Assembly: GCF_009914755.1 (NCBI RefSeq)
Contig: NC_060948.1
DNA: 64,000 nucleotides
Direction: 5' to 3' (one strand)
Origin: the human T2T-CHM13v2.0 reference genome, Homo sapiens
The translations under genes were made by a program, and so were the position numbers. Below the pieces are notes generated by a model. That model did no database searches, had not been told where the DNA came from, and saw only the letters and a list, made by a program, of their open reading frames with translations. Positions 13,101 through 28,381 of this stretch are shown here, piece by piece (the stretch's first letter is position 1; every line of letters starts with the position of its first letter).

Positions 13101-14210
13101 AATAAAATCGACTCAGATAGAGTAGAATGTAATGGAATGGAGTGCAGTACAATGGAATGGAATGGAATGGAATGCAATGGAATGGAATGGAATGGAATGG
13201 AATGGAATGGAATGGAATGGAATGGGATGGAATGGTATGGAATGGATAGTAATGGACTGGAGTGAAATGGACTGGAAAGGAATGGACTCAAATTGAAAGG
13301 GCTCGAAAGGAATGGAGTCAAATGGAATGGTCTGGAATGGAATGAACACGAAAGTAATGCAATCCAATAGAATGGAATCGAATGGCATGGAATATAAAGA
13401 AATGGAATCGAAGAGAATGGAAACAAATGGAATGGAATTGAATGGAATGGAATTGAATGGAATGGGAACGAATGGATTGAAATTGTATGCAGTAGAAGGG
13501 AATAGAATGGAATGCAAGCGAAAGGAAAGGAATGGATTGGAATGGAATGGAATTCATTGGAATGGAAGAGAATGTAGTGTAATGGACAGGCCTGGAATAA
13601 AGTGGAATGCTACGGTCTCGAATGGAATAAAAATGTATGGAATGGAATGCAATGAAACGGAATCGAATGTCATAGAATGTAATGGAATGCAAACAAATGG
13701 AATCCAAAATCATTGACTGGAAAGGCTGGGTGTCGAAAGGAAATGACTCCAATGGAATGGAATCGAATGGAATGGAAGTGAATAGAATCGAACTAAATCG
13801 AATGGAATGGAATTGATAGGAACGGAATGGAAAGGAATGCAATGATTTGGCACGGAATGGAATCGAATGGCATCGAATGGAATGGAATGGAATGCAATTG
13901 AATGGAACGTATTAGAATGTAATGAACTTTAATGGAATGTACTCGAATGGATTCGACTGGAATGGAATGTTCTGGAAGTGAATGGACTCCAATGGAATGG
14001 ATTCAAAAGGAATGGAATCTAATGGAATGGAATTAAATGGAAATGAATCAAATTGAATAGCATGGAATTGAATTGAATGGAATCGAATGCAATGGAATCT
14101 AATGAAACGGAAAGGAAAGGAATGGAATGGAATGGAATGGGCTGGAATGGAAAGGAATTGAAACGAATGGAATGGAATCGACCTGACGAGACTGGAATGG
14201 AATGCACTGG
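7133..14210 (+). repeat. DYZ1 units 3 and 4 (3539 bp each), near-identical tandem pair
   Basis: Anchors 7133, 10672, 14211. StuI at 10049 and 13588. The two units share two 15-bp deletions and many SNVs. Confidence 0.9.
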
Positions 14211-17200
14211 AATGGAAGGGAGTGTAATGGAAGGTTCTCGAAAAAAATGGAATCGAATGGAATGGAATTGAATGGAACGGAATAGAGTCGAATGGAATTG
14301 AATGGAATGGAATGGACTAGAGTGAAATGGAATCGAACCACAAGGAATGGACAGGAATAGAATGGTCTCGAATTGAATGGAATCGTATGGAATGGCATCA
14401 AACGGAACGGAATGGACAGCCACGGAATGGAATGCACTCGAATGCAATGGAGTCGAAACTAATGGACTGGAATAGAATGGATTCGACTGGTACGGACTCC
14501 AATGGAATGGAATCGAATGGAAGAGAATCGAACGGAATGGACTCGAAGGGAAAAGACTGCAATGGAAAGGTCTCGAATGGAATGGAAATTAATGGAATGG
14601 AATGGAATCGAATGAAATGGAGTCAAAAGGAATGGAATCGAATGGCAAGAAATCGAATGTAATGGAATCGCAAGGAATTGATGTGAACGGAACGGAATGG
14701 AATGGAATCCAAAGGAATGGAATAGAATGGAATGGAATCGAATGGAAAGGACTCGAATGGAAATCACTCGAATAGAATGCAATTTAATAAAATAGGATCA
14801 AATGTAATGGAATGGAATGGAAAGGAATCGAAACGAAAGGAATGGAGACAGATGGAATGGAATGGAACAGAGAGCAATGGTATAGAATGGAATGGAATCA
14901 TCTGGAATGGAATTGAATGGAATGGAATAATATGAAATGGAATGGAATGGAATGGAATGGAATGCCCTTGAATTAAATGGACTGGAATGGAATGGACTCG
15001 AACAGAGTGGAATGGAAAGTGTTGAGATAGAATGGAATGGACTCCTTTGGAATGGTGTAGTATGCAATGCAATCGACTGGCAGGGAATCAAAAGGAATGT
15101 AATCGAATGGATTGGACTGGAATGCAATGGACTCGAATAGATTGGAAACGGAATGCAAAGGAATGGAATGGAATAGTATGGAATGGAATGGAAAGCAATG
15201 GAGTGGAATAGACTAGAGTGGAATGGAATGGACTGGAAAGCAATGGACTGGAACGGAACTTTCTTGAATGGACTGGAATCAAACGGAATGGAATGCAATG
15301 CAATCAAATGGCATGGAATAAAATAGAATGAAAGAGAATCAAATGGAATTGAATCGAATGGAATCGAATGGATTGGAAAGGAATAGAATGGAATGGAATG
15401 GAATTGACTCAAATGGAATGGACTAGAATGGAATGGATTCGAATGGAAGGCAAAGGAATGGAATCTATTGGAATGGACTGTAATGGAATGGAATGGAAGG
15501 GATTGGAATGGACTCGAATGGAATGGACTGCAATAGAAAGGATTCGAATGGAATGAAAAAGAATTGAATGGAATAGAACAGAATGGAATCAAATCGAATG
15601 AAATGGAATGGAATAGAAAGGAATGGAATGAAATGGAATGGGAAGGATTCGAATGGAATGCAATCGAATGGAATGGAATCGAACGGAATGGAATAAAATG
15701 GAAGAAAACTGGCAAGAAATGGAATCGAAATGAATGGAGTGTTATGGAACGGACTCAAAAGGAATTGAATGTAATAGAATGGAGTGGAGTGGACTCGAAT
15801 ATAATGGACTGGAATGGAATGAAATCACATGGAATGGGAACGAATGGAATGGAATGGAAAGGAATGGAATCGAATGGAAAGGAATCGAATGGAAGGGAAT
15901 GAAACTGAATCAACAGGAATGGAAGGGAATAGAATAGACGGTAATGGAATGGACTCGAATAGAATGGACACGAATGCTCAAATTGAATGGACTCGAATGG
16001 AATGGAAACGAAAGGAATGTCATCGAATGGAATTGAATCGATTGGAATGAAATCGCATAGAATGGAGTGGAATCAAATGGAATTGAATCGAAAGGAAAGG
16101 AAGCGAATGGACTGAAACGAAATGGAATGGAATTGAATGGAAAGTAATGCAATGGAATAGAATGGAACGAAATTTCACGGAATGGAATCAAACTGAATGG
16201 AATCAAATCAATGGAATCCAGTCAAATGGAATGGAGTAGATTGGATTGGATGGGATTGGAATGAAATGTACTGGAAAGGACTCGAATTTCATGAAACGAA
16301 ATGGAATGAATTGGAACGGAATGGACTCGAATGGAATGGAATGTCATAGAATGGCATCAAATGGAATGGCATCAAATGGAATGGAATCGAATGCAATGGA
16401 ATGCTATGGAATGGAATGGAATGCATTGGAATGGAATGTCCTCTAATGGAATGGATTCGAGTGGAATGGAATCGAATATAATGGAGTCGAATGAAATGGA
16501 ATTGAAAGGAATGGGATCGAATACAATGGAATATACTGGAATGTAATGTAATGAACTCGAATGTAATTGACTGGAATGGAATGTACATGAATGGAATATA
16601 ATCGAATGGAAAGTAATCCAATGGAATAGAATCTAATGCAATAAAATCGACTCAGATAGAGTAGAATGTAATGGAATGGAGTGCAGTGCAATGGAATGGA
16701 ATGGAATGGAATGCAATGGAATGGAATGGAATGGAATGGAATGGAATGGAATGGAATGGAATGGGATGGAATGGTATGGAATGGATAGTAATGGACTGGA
16801 GTGAAATGGACTGGAAAGGAATGGACTCAAATTGAAAGGGCTCGAAAGGAATGGAGTCAAATGGAATGGTCTGGAATGGAATGAACACGAATGTAATGCA
16901 ATCCAATAGAATGGAATCGAATGGCATGGAATATAAAGAAATGGAATCGAAGAGAATGGAAACAAATGGAATGGAATTGAATGGAATGGAATTGAATGGA
17001 ATGGGAAGGAATGGAGTGAAATTGTATGCAGTAGAAGAGAATAGAATGGAATGCAAGTGAAAGGAAAGGAATGGATTGGAATGGAATGGAATTCATTGGA
17101 ATGGAAGGGAATGTAGTGTAATGGACAGGCCTGGAATAAAGTGGAATGCTACGGTCTCGAATGGAATAAAAATGTATGGAATGGAATGCAATGAAACGGA

Positions 17201-20200
17201 ATCGAATGTCATAGAATGTAATGGAATGCAAAAAAATGGAATCCAAAATCATTGACTGGAAAGGCTGGGTGTCGAAAGGAATTGACTCCAATGGAATGGA
17301 ATCGAATGGAATGGAAGTGAATAGAATCGAACTAAATCGAATGGAATGGAATTGATAGGAACGGAATGGAAAGGAATGCAATGATTTGGCATGGAATGGA
17401 ATCGAATGGCATCGAATGGAATGGAATGGAATGCAATGGAATGGAACGTATTAGAATGTAATGAACTTTAATGGAATGTACTCGAATGGATTCGACTGGA
17501 ATGGAATGTTCTGGAAGTGAATGGACTCCAATGGAATGGATTCAAAAGGAATGGAATCGTACGGAATGGAATCTAATGGAATGGAATTAAATGGAAATGA
17601 ATCAAATTGAATAGCACGGAATTGAATTGAATGGAATGGAATGCAATGGAATCTAATGAAACGGAAAGGAAAGGAATGCAATGGAATGGAATGGGCTGGA
17701 ATGGAAAGGAATCGAAACGAATGGAATGGAATCGAACTGAAGAGACTGGAATGGAATGCACTGGAATGGAAGGGAGTGTAATGGAAGGTTCTCGAAAAAA
17801 ATGGAATCGAATGGAATGGAATTGAATGGAACGGAATAGAGTCGAATGGAATTGAATGGAATGGAATGGACTAGAGTGAAATGGAATCGAACCACAAGGA
17901 ATGGACAGGAATAGAATGGTCTCGAATTGAATGGAATCGTATGGAATGGCATCAAACGGAATGGAATGGACAGCCACGGAATGGAATGCACTCGAATGCA
18001 ATGGAGTCGAAACTAATGGACTGGAATAGAATGGACTCGACTGGTACGGACTCCAATGGAATGGAATCGAATGGAAGGGAATCGAACGGAATGGACTCGA
18101 AGGGAAAAGACTGCAATGGAAAGGTCTCGAAAGGAATGGAAATTAATGGAATGGAATGGAATCGAATGAAATGGAGTCAAAAGGAATGGAATCGAATGGC
18201 AAGAAATCGAATGTAATGGAATCGCAAGGAATTGATGTGAACGGAACGGAATGGAATGGAATCCAAAGGAATGGAATAGAATGGAATGGAATCGAATGGA
18301 AAGGACTCGAATGGAAATCACTCGAATAGAATGCAATTTAATAAAATAGGATCAAATGTAATGGAATGGAATGGAAAGGAATCGAAACGAAAGGAATGGA
18401 GACAGATGGAATGGAATGGAACAGAGAGCAATGGTATAGAAAGGAATGGAATCATCTGGAATGGAATTGAATGGAATGGAATAATATGAAATGGAATGGA
18501 ATGGAATGGAATGCCCTTGAATTAAATGGACTGGAATGGAATGGACTCGAACAGAGTGGAATGGAAAGTGTTGAGATAGAATGGAATGGACTCGTTTGGA
18601 ATGGTCTAGTAGGCAATGCAATCGACTGGCAGGGAATCAAAAGGAATGTAATGGAATGGATTGGACTGGAATGCAATGGACTCGAATAGATTGGAAACGG
18701 AATGCAAAGGAATGGAATGGAATAGTATGGAATGGAATGGAAAGGAATGGAGTGGAATAGACTAGAGTGGAATGGAATGGACTCGAAAGCAATGGACTGG
18801 AATGCAACTTTCTTGAATGGACTGGAATCAAACGGAATGGAATGCAATGCAATCAAATGGCATGGAATAAAATAGAATGAAAGAGAATCAAATGGAATTG
18901 AATCGAATGGAATCGAATGGATTGGAAAGGAATAGAATGGAATGGAATGGAATTGACTCAAATGGAATGGACTAGAATGGAATGGATTCGAATGGAAGGC
19001 AAAGGAATGGAATCTATTGGAATGGACTGTAATGGAATGGAATGGAAGGAATTGGAATGGACTCGAATGGAATGGACTGCAATAGAAAGGATTCGAATGG
19101 AATGAAAAAGAATTGAATGGAATAGAACAGAATGGAATCAAATCGAATGAAATGGAATGGAATAGAAAGGAATGGAATGAAATGGAATGGAAAGGATTCG
19201 AATGGAATGCAATCGAATGGAATGGAATCGAACGGAATGGAATAAAATGGAAGAAAACTGGCAAGAAATGGAATCGAAATGAATGGAGTGTTATGGAACG
19301 GACTCAAAAGGAATTGAATGTAATAGAATGGAGTGGAGTGGACTCGAATATAATGGACTGGAATGGAATGAAATCACATGGAATGGGAACGAATGGAATG
19401 GAATGGAAAGGAATGGAATCGAATGGAAAGGAATCGAATGGAAGGGAATGAAATTGAATCAACAGGAATGGAAGGGAGTAGAATAGACGGTAATGGAATG
19501 GACTCGAATAGAATGGACACGAATGCTCAAATTGAATGCACTCGAATGGAATGGAAACGAAAGGAATGTCATCGAATGGAATTGAATCGATTGGAATGAA
19601 ATTGCATAGAATGGAGTGGAATCAAATGGAATTGAATCGAAAGGAAAGGAAGCGAATGGACTGAAATGAAATGGACTGGAATTGAATGGAAAGTTATGTA
19701 ATGGAATAGAATGGAACGACATTTCACGGAATGGAATCAAACTGAATGGAATCAAATCAATGGAATCAAATCAAATGGAATGGAAAGGAATTGAATGGAG
19801 TAGATTGGATTGGATGGGATTGGAATGAAATGTACTGGAAAGGACTCGAATTTCATGAAACGGAATGGAATGAATTGGAACGGAACGCACTCGAATGGAA
19901 TGGAATGTCATGGAATGGCATCAAATGGAATGGCATCAAATGGAATGGAATCGAATGCAATGGAATGCTATGGAATGGAATGGAATGCATTGAAATGGAA
20001 TGTCCTCTAATGGAATGGATTCGAGTGGAATGGAATCGAATATAATGGAGTCGAATGAAATGGAATTGAAAGGAATGGGATCGAATACAATGGAATATAC
20101 TGGAATGTAATGTAATGAACTCGAATGTAATTGACTAGAATGGAATGTACATGAATGGAATGTAATCGAATGGAAAGTAATCCAATGGAATAGAATCTAA

Positions 20201-23200
20201 TGCAATAAAATCGACTCAGATAGAGTAGAATGTAATGGAATGGAGTGCAGTGCAATGGAATGGAATGGAATGGAATGCAATGTAATGGAATGCAATGGAA
20301 TGGAATGGGATGGAATGGTGTGGAATGGATAGTAATGGACTGGAGTGAAATGGACTGGAAAGGAATGGACTCAAATTGAAAGGGCTCGAAAGGAATGGAG
20401 TCAAATGGAATGGTCTGGAATGGAATGAACACGAATGTAATGCAATCCAATAGAATGGAATCGAATGGCATGGAATATAAAGAAATGGAATCGAAGAGAA
20501 TGGAAACAAATGGAATGGAATTGAATGGAATGGAATTGAATGGAATGGGAACGAATGGAGTGAAATTGTATGCAGTAGAAGAGAATAGAATGGAATGCAA
20601 GCGAAAGGAAAGGAATGGATTGGAATGGAATGGAATTCATTGGAATGGAAGGGAATGTAGTGTAATGGACAGGCCTGGAATAAAGTGGAATGCTACGGTC
20701 TCGAATGGAATAAAAATGTATGGAATGGAATGCAATGAAACGGAATCGAATGTCATAGAATGTAATGGAATGCAAAAAAATGGAATCCAAAATCATTGAC
20801 TGGAAAGGCTGGGTGTCGAAAGGAATTGACTCCAATGGAATGGAATCGAATGGAATGGAAGTGAATAGAATCGAACTAAATCGAATGGAATGGAATTGAT
20901 AGGAACGGAATGGAAAGGAATGCAATGATTTGGCATGGAATGGAATCGAATGGCATCGAATGGAATGGAATGGAATGCAATGGAATGGAATGTATTAGAA
21001 TGTAATGAACTTTAATGGAATGTACTCGAATGGATTCGACTGGAATGGAATGTTGTGGAAGTGAATGGACTCCAATGGAATGGATTCAAAAGGAATGGAA
21101 TCGTACGGAATGGAATCTAATGGAATGGAATTAAATGGAAATGAATCAAATTGAATAGCACGGAATTGAATTGAATGGAATGGAATGCAATGGAATCTAA
21201 TGAAACGGAAAGGAAAGGAATGGAATGGAATGGAATGGGCTGGAATGGAAAGGAATCGAAACGAATGGAATGGAATCGAACTGAAGAGACTGGAATGGAA
21301 TGCACTGGAATGGAAGGGAGTGTAATGGAAGGTTCTCGAAAAAAATGGAATCGAATGGAATGGAATTGAATGGAACGGAATAGAGTCGAATGGAATTGAA
21401 TGGAATGGAATGGACTAGAGTGAAATGGAATCGAACCACAAGGAATGGACATGAATAGAATGGTCTCGAATTGAATGGAATCGTATGGAATGGCATCAAA
21501 CGGAATGGAATGGACAGCCACGGAATGGAATGCACTCGAATGCAATGGAGTCGAAACTAATGGACTGGAATAGAATGGACTCGACTGGTACGGACTCCAA
21601 TGGAATGGAATCGAATGGAAGGGAATCGAACGGAATGGACTCGAAGGGAAAAGACTGCAATGGAAAGGTCTCGAATGGAATGGAAATTAATGGAATGGAA
21701 TGGAATCGAATGAAATGGAGTCAAAAGGAATGGAATCGAATGGCAAGAAATCGAATGTAATGGAATCGCAAGGAATTGATGTGAACGGAACGGAATGGAA
21801 TGGAATCCAAAGGAATGGAATAGAATGGAATGGAATCGAATGGAAAGGACTCGAATGGAAATCACTCGAATAGAATGCAATTTAATAAAATAGGATCAAA
21901 TGTAATGGAATGGAATGGAAAGGAATCGAAACGAAAGGAATGGAGACAGATGGAATGGAATGGAACAGAGAGCAATGGTATAGAATGGAATGGAATCATC
22001 TGGAATGGAATTGAATGGAATGGAATAATATGAAATGGAATGGAATGGAATGGAATGGAATGCCCTTGAATTAAATGGACTGGAATGGAATGGACTCGAA
22101 CAGAGTGGAATGGAAAGTGTTGAGATAGAATGGAATGGACTCCTTTGGAATGGTGTAGTATGCAATGCAATCGACTGGCAGGGAATCAAAAGGAATGTAA
22201 TCGAATGGATTGGACTGGAATGCAATGGACTCGAATAGATTGGAAACGGAATGCAAAGGAATGGAATGGAATAGTATGGAATGGAATGGAAAGGAATGGA
22301 GTGGAATAGACTAGAGTGGAATGGAATGGACTGGAAAGCAATGGACTGGAATGGAACTTTCTTGAATGGACTGGAATCAAACGGAATGGAATGCAATGCA
22401 ATCAAATGGCATGGAATAAAATAGAATGAAAGAGAATCAAATGGAATTGAATCGAATGGAATCGAATGGATTGGAAAGGAATAGAATGGAATGGAATGGA
22501 ATTGACTCAAATGGAATGGACTAGAATGGAATGGATTCGAATGGAAGGCAAAGGAATGGAATCTATTGGAATGGACTGTAATGGAATGGAATGGAAGGGA
22601 TTGGAATGGACTCGAATGGAATGGACTGCAATAGAAAGGATTCGAATGGAATGAAAAAGAATTGAATGGAATAGAACAGAATGGAATCAAATCGAATGAA
22701 ATGGAATGGAATAGAAAGGAATGGAATGAAATGGAATGGAAAGGATTCAAATGGAATGCAATCGAATGGAATGGAATCGAACGGAATGGAATAAAATGGA
22801 AGAAAACTGGCAAGAAATGGAATCGAAATGAATGGAGTGTTATGGAACGGACTCAAAAGGAATTGAATGTAATAGAATGGAGTGGAGTGGACTCGAATAT
22901 AATGGACTGGAATGGAATGAAATCACATGGAATGGGAACGAATGGAATGGAATGGAAAGGAATGGAATCGAATGGAAAGGAATCGAATGGAAGGGAATGA
23001 AATTGAATCAACAGGAATGGAAGGGAATAGAATAGACGGTAATGGAATGGACTCGAATAGAATGGACACGAATGCTGAAATTGAATGGACTCGAATGGAA
23101 TGGAAACGAAAGGAATGTCATCGAATGGAATTGAATCGATTGGAATGAAATCGCATAGAATGGAGTGGAATCAAATGGAATTGAATCGAAAGGAAAGGAA

Positions 23201-24857
23201 GCAAATGGACTGAAATGAAATGGAATGGAATTGAATGGAAAGTTATGTAATGGAATGGAATGGAACGAAATTTCACGGAATGGAATCAAACTGAATGGAA
23301 TCAAATCAATGGAATCAAATCAAATGGAATGGAAAGGAATTGAATGGAGTAGATTGGATTGGACGGGATTGGAATGAAATGTACTGGAAAGGACTCGAAT
23401 TTCATGAAACGGAATGGAATGAATTGGAACGGAACGGACTCGAATGGAATGGAATGTCATGGAATGGCATCAAATGGAATGACATCAAATGGAATGGAAT
23501 CGAATGCAATGGAATGCTATGGAATGGAATGGAATGCATTGGAATGGAATGTCCTCAAAAGGAATGGATTCGAGTGGAATGGAATGGAATATAATGGAGT
23601 CGAATGAAATGGAATTGAAAGGAATGGGATCGAATACAATGGAATATACTGGAATGTAATGTAATGAACTCGAATGTAATTGACTGGAATGGAATGTACA
23701 TGAATGGAAAGTAATCGAATGGAAAGTAATCCAATGGAATAGAATCTAATGCAATAAAATCGACTCAGATAGAGTAGAATGTAATGGAATGGAGTGCAGT
23801 GCAATGGAATGGAATGGAATGGAATGCAATGGAATGGAATGGAATGGAAAGGAATAGAATGGAATGGTGTGGAATGGATAGTAATGGACTGGAGTGAAAT
23901 GGACTGGAAAGGAATGGACTCAAATTGAAAAGGCTCGAAAGGAATGGAGTCAAATGGAATGGTCTGGAATGGAATGAACACGAATGTAATGCAATCCAAT
24001 AGAATGGAATCGAATGGCATGGAATATAAAGAAATGGAATCGAAGAGAATGGAAACAAATGGAATGGAATTGAGTGGAATGGAATTGAATGGAATGGGAA
24101 CGAATGGAGTGAAATTGTATGCAGTAGAAGAGAATAGAATGGAATGCAAGCGAAAGGAAAGGAATGGATTGGAATGGAATGGAATTCATTGGAATGGAAG
24201 GGAATGTAGTGTAATGGACAGGCCTGGAATAAAGTGGAATGCTACGGTCTCGAATGGAATAAAAATGTATGGAATGGAATGCAATGAAACGGAATCGAAT
24301 GTCATAGAATGTAATGGAATGCAAAAAAATGGAATCCAAAATCATTGACTGGAAAGGCTGGGTGTCGAAAGGAATTGACTCCAATGGAATGGAATCGAAT
24401 GGAATGGAAGTGAATAGAATCGAACTAAATCGAATGGAATGGAATTGATAGGAACGGAATGGAAAGGAATGCAATGATTTGGCATGGAATGGAATCGAAT
24501 GGCATCGAATGGAATGGAATGGAATGCAATGGAATGGAATGTATTAGAATGTAATGAACTTTAATGGAATGTACTCGAATGGATTCGACTGGAATGGAAT
24601 GTTCTGGAAGTGAATGGACTCCAATGGAATGGATTCAAAAGGAATGGAATCGTACGGAATTGAATCTAATGGAATGGAATTAAATGGAAATGAATCAAAT
24701 TGAATAGCACGGAATTGAATTGAATGGAATGGAATGCAATGGAATCTAATGAAACGGAAAGGAAAGGAATGGAATGGAATGGAATGGGCTGGAATGGAAA
24801 GGAATCGAAACGAATGGAATGGAATCGAACTGAAGAGACTGGAATGGAATGCACTGG
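14211..24857 (+). repeat. DYZ1 units 5, 6, 7 (3554, 3544, 3549 bp)
   Basis: Anchors 14211, 17765, 21309, 24858. StuI at 17127, 20671, 24220. Confidence 0.9.
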
Positions 24858-27800
24858 AATGGAAGGGAGTGTAATGGAAGGTTCTCGGAAAAAATGGAAT
24901 GGAATGGAATGGAATTGAATGGAACGGAATAGAGTCGAATGGAATTGAATGGAATGGAATGGACTAGAGTGAATTGGAATCGAACCACAAGGAATGGACA
25001 GGAATAGAATGGTCTCGAATTGAATGGAATCGTATGGAATGGCATCAAACGGAATGGAATGGACAGCCACGGAATGGAATGCACTCGAATGCAATGGAGT
25101 CGAAACTAATGGACTGGAATAGAATGGACTCGACTGGTACGGACTCCAATGGAATGGAATCGAATGGAAGGGAATCGAACGGAATGGAATCGGAGGGAAA
25201 AGACTGCAATGGAAAGGTCTCAAATGGAATGGAAATTAATGGAATGGAATGGAATCGAATGAAATGGAGTCAAAAGCAATGGAATCGAATGGCAAGAAAT
25301 CGAATGTAATGGAATCGCAAGGAATTGATGTGAACGGAACGGAATGGAATGGAATCCAAAGGAATGGAATAGAATGGAATGGAATCGAATGGAAAGGACT
25401 CGAATGGAAATCACTCGAATAGAATGCAATTTAATAAAATAGGATCAAATGTAATGGAATGGAATGGAAAGGAATCGAAACGAAAGGAATGGAGACAGAT
25501 GGAATGGAATAGAACAGAGAGCAATGGTATAGAATGGAATGGAATCATCTGGAATGGAATTGAATGGAATGGAATAATATGAAATGGAATGGAATGGAAT
25601 GGAATGGAATGCCCTTGAATTAAATGGACTGGAATGGAATGGACTCGAACAGAGTGGAATGGAAAGTGTTGAGATAGAATGGAATGGACTCCTTTGGAAT
25701 GGTGTAGTATGCAATGCAATCGACTGGCAGGGTATCAAAAGGAATTTAATCGAATGGATTGGACTGGAATGCAATGGACTCGAATAGATTGGAAACGGAA
25801 TGCAAAGGAATGGAATGGAATAGTATGGAATGGAATGGAAAGGAATGGAGTGGAATAGACTAGAGTGGAATGGAATGGACTGGAAAGCAATGGACTGGAA
25901 TGGAACTCTCTTGAATGGACTGGAATCAAACGGAATGGAATGCAATGCAATCAAATGGCATGGAATAAAATAGAATGAAAGAGAATCAAATGGAATTGAA
26001 TCGAATGGAATCGAATGGATTGGAAAGGAATAGAATGGAATGGAATGGAATGGACTAGAATGGAATGGATTCGAATGGAAGGCAAAGGAATGGAATCTAT
26101 TGGAATGGACTGTAATGGAATGGAATGGAAGGGATTGGAATGGACTCGAATGGAATGGACTGCAATAGAAAGGATTCGAATGGAATGAAAAAGAGTTGAA
26201 TGGAATAGAACAGAATGGAATCAAATCGAATGAAATGGAATGGAATAGAAAGGAATGGAATGAAATGGAATGGAAAGGATTCGAATGGAATGCAATCGAA
26301 TGGAATGGAATCGAACGGAATGGAATAAAATGGAAGAAAACTGGCAAGAAATGGAATCGAAATGAATGGAGTGTTATGGAACGGACTCAAAAGGAATTGA
26401 ATGTAATAGAATGGAGTGGAGTGGACTCGAATATAATGGACTGGAATGGAATGAAATCACATGGAATGGGAACGAATGGAATGGAATGGAAAGGAATGGA
26501 ATCGAATGGAAAGGAATCGAATGGAAGGGAATGAAATTGAATCAACAGGAATGGAAGGGAATAGAATAGACGGTAATGGAATGGACTCGAATAGAATGGA
26601 CACGAATGCTCAAATTGAATGGACTCGAATGGAATGGAAACGAAAGGAATGTCATCGAATGGAATTGAATCGATTGGAATGAAATCGCATAGAATGGAGT
26701 GGAATCAAATGGAATTGAATCGAAAGGAAAGGAAGCGAATGGACTGAAATGAAATGGAATGGAATTGAATGGAAAGTAATGCAATGGAATAGAATGGAAC
26801 GAAATTTCACGGAATGGAATCAAACTGAATGGAATCAAATCAATGGAATCCAATCAAATGGAATGGAGTAGATTGGATTGGATGGGATTGGAATGAAATA
26901 TACTGGAAAGGACTCGAATCTCATGAAACGGAATGGAATGAATTGGAACGGAATGGACTCGAATGCAATGGAATGTCATGGAATGGCATCAAATGGAATG
27001 GCATCAAATGGAATGGAATCGAATGCAATGGAATGCTATGGAATGGAATGGAATGCATTGGAATGGAATGTCCTCTAATGGAATGGATTCGAGTGGAATG
27101 GAATCGAATATAATGGAGTCGAATGAAATGGAATTGAAAGGAATGGGATCGAATACAATGGAATATACTGGAATGTAATGTAATGAACTCGAATGTAATT
27201 GACTGGAATGGAATGTACATGAATGGAATGTAATCGAATGGAAAGTAATCCAATGGAATAGAATCTAATGCAATAAAATCGACTCAGATAGAGTAGAATG
27301 TAATGGAATGGAGTGCAGTGCAATGGAATGGAATGGAATGGAATGCAATGGAATGGAATGGAATGGAATGGAATGGAATGGGATGGAATGGTATGGAATG
27401 GATAGTAATGGACTGGAGTGAAATGGACTGGAAAGGAATGGACTCAAATTGAAAGGGCTGGAAAGGAATGGAGTCAAATGGAATGGTCTGGAATGGAATG
27501 AACACGAAAGTAATGCAATCCAATAGAATGGAATCGAATGGCATGGAATATAATGAAATGGAATCGAAGAGAATGGAAACAAATGGAATGGAATTGAATG
27601 GAATGGAATTGAATGGAATGGGAACGAATGGAGTGAAATTGTATGCAGTAGAAGGGAATAGAATGGAATGCAAGCGAAAGGAAAGGAATGGATTGGAATG
27701 GAATGGAATTCATTGGAATGGAAGGGAATGTAGTGTAATGGACAGGCCTGGAATAAAGTGGAATGCTACGGTCTCGAATGGAATAAAAATGTATGGAATG

Positions 27801-28381
27801 GAATGCAATGAAACGGAATCGAATGTCATAGAATGTAATGGAATGCAAAAAAATGGAATCCAAAATCATTGACTGGAAAGGCTGGGTGTCGAAAGGAATT
27901 GACTCCAATGGAATGGAATCGAATGGAATGGAAGTGAATAGAATCGAACTAAATCGAATGGAATGGAATTGATAGGAACGGAATGGAAAGGAATGCAATG
28001 ATTTGGCACGGAATGGAATCGAATGGCATCGAATGGAATGGAATGGAATGCAATGGAATGGAACGTATTAGAATGTAATGAACTTTAATGGAATGTACTC
28101 GAATGGAATCGACTGGAATGGAATGTTCTGGAAGTGAATGGACTCCAATGGAATGGATTCAAAAGGAATGGAATCGTACGGAATGGAATCTAATGGAATG
28201 GAATTAAATGGAAATGAATCAAATTGAATAGCATGGAATTGAATTGAATGGAATCGAATGCAATGGAATCTAATGAAACGGAAAGGAAAGGAATGGAATG
28301 GAATGGAATGGGCTGGAATGGAAAGGAATCGAAACGAATGGAATGGAATCGAATTGACGAGACTGGAATGGAATGCACTGG
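24858..28381 (+). repeat. DYZ1 unit 8 (3524 bp; variant type shared with unit 13)
   Basis: Anchors; StuI at 27744. Two 15-bp deletions (~26050, ~26860). Confidence 0.9.
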
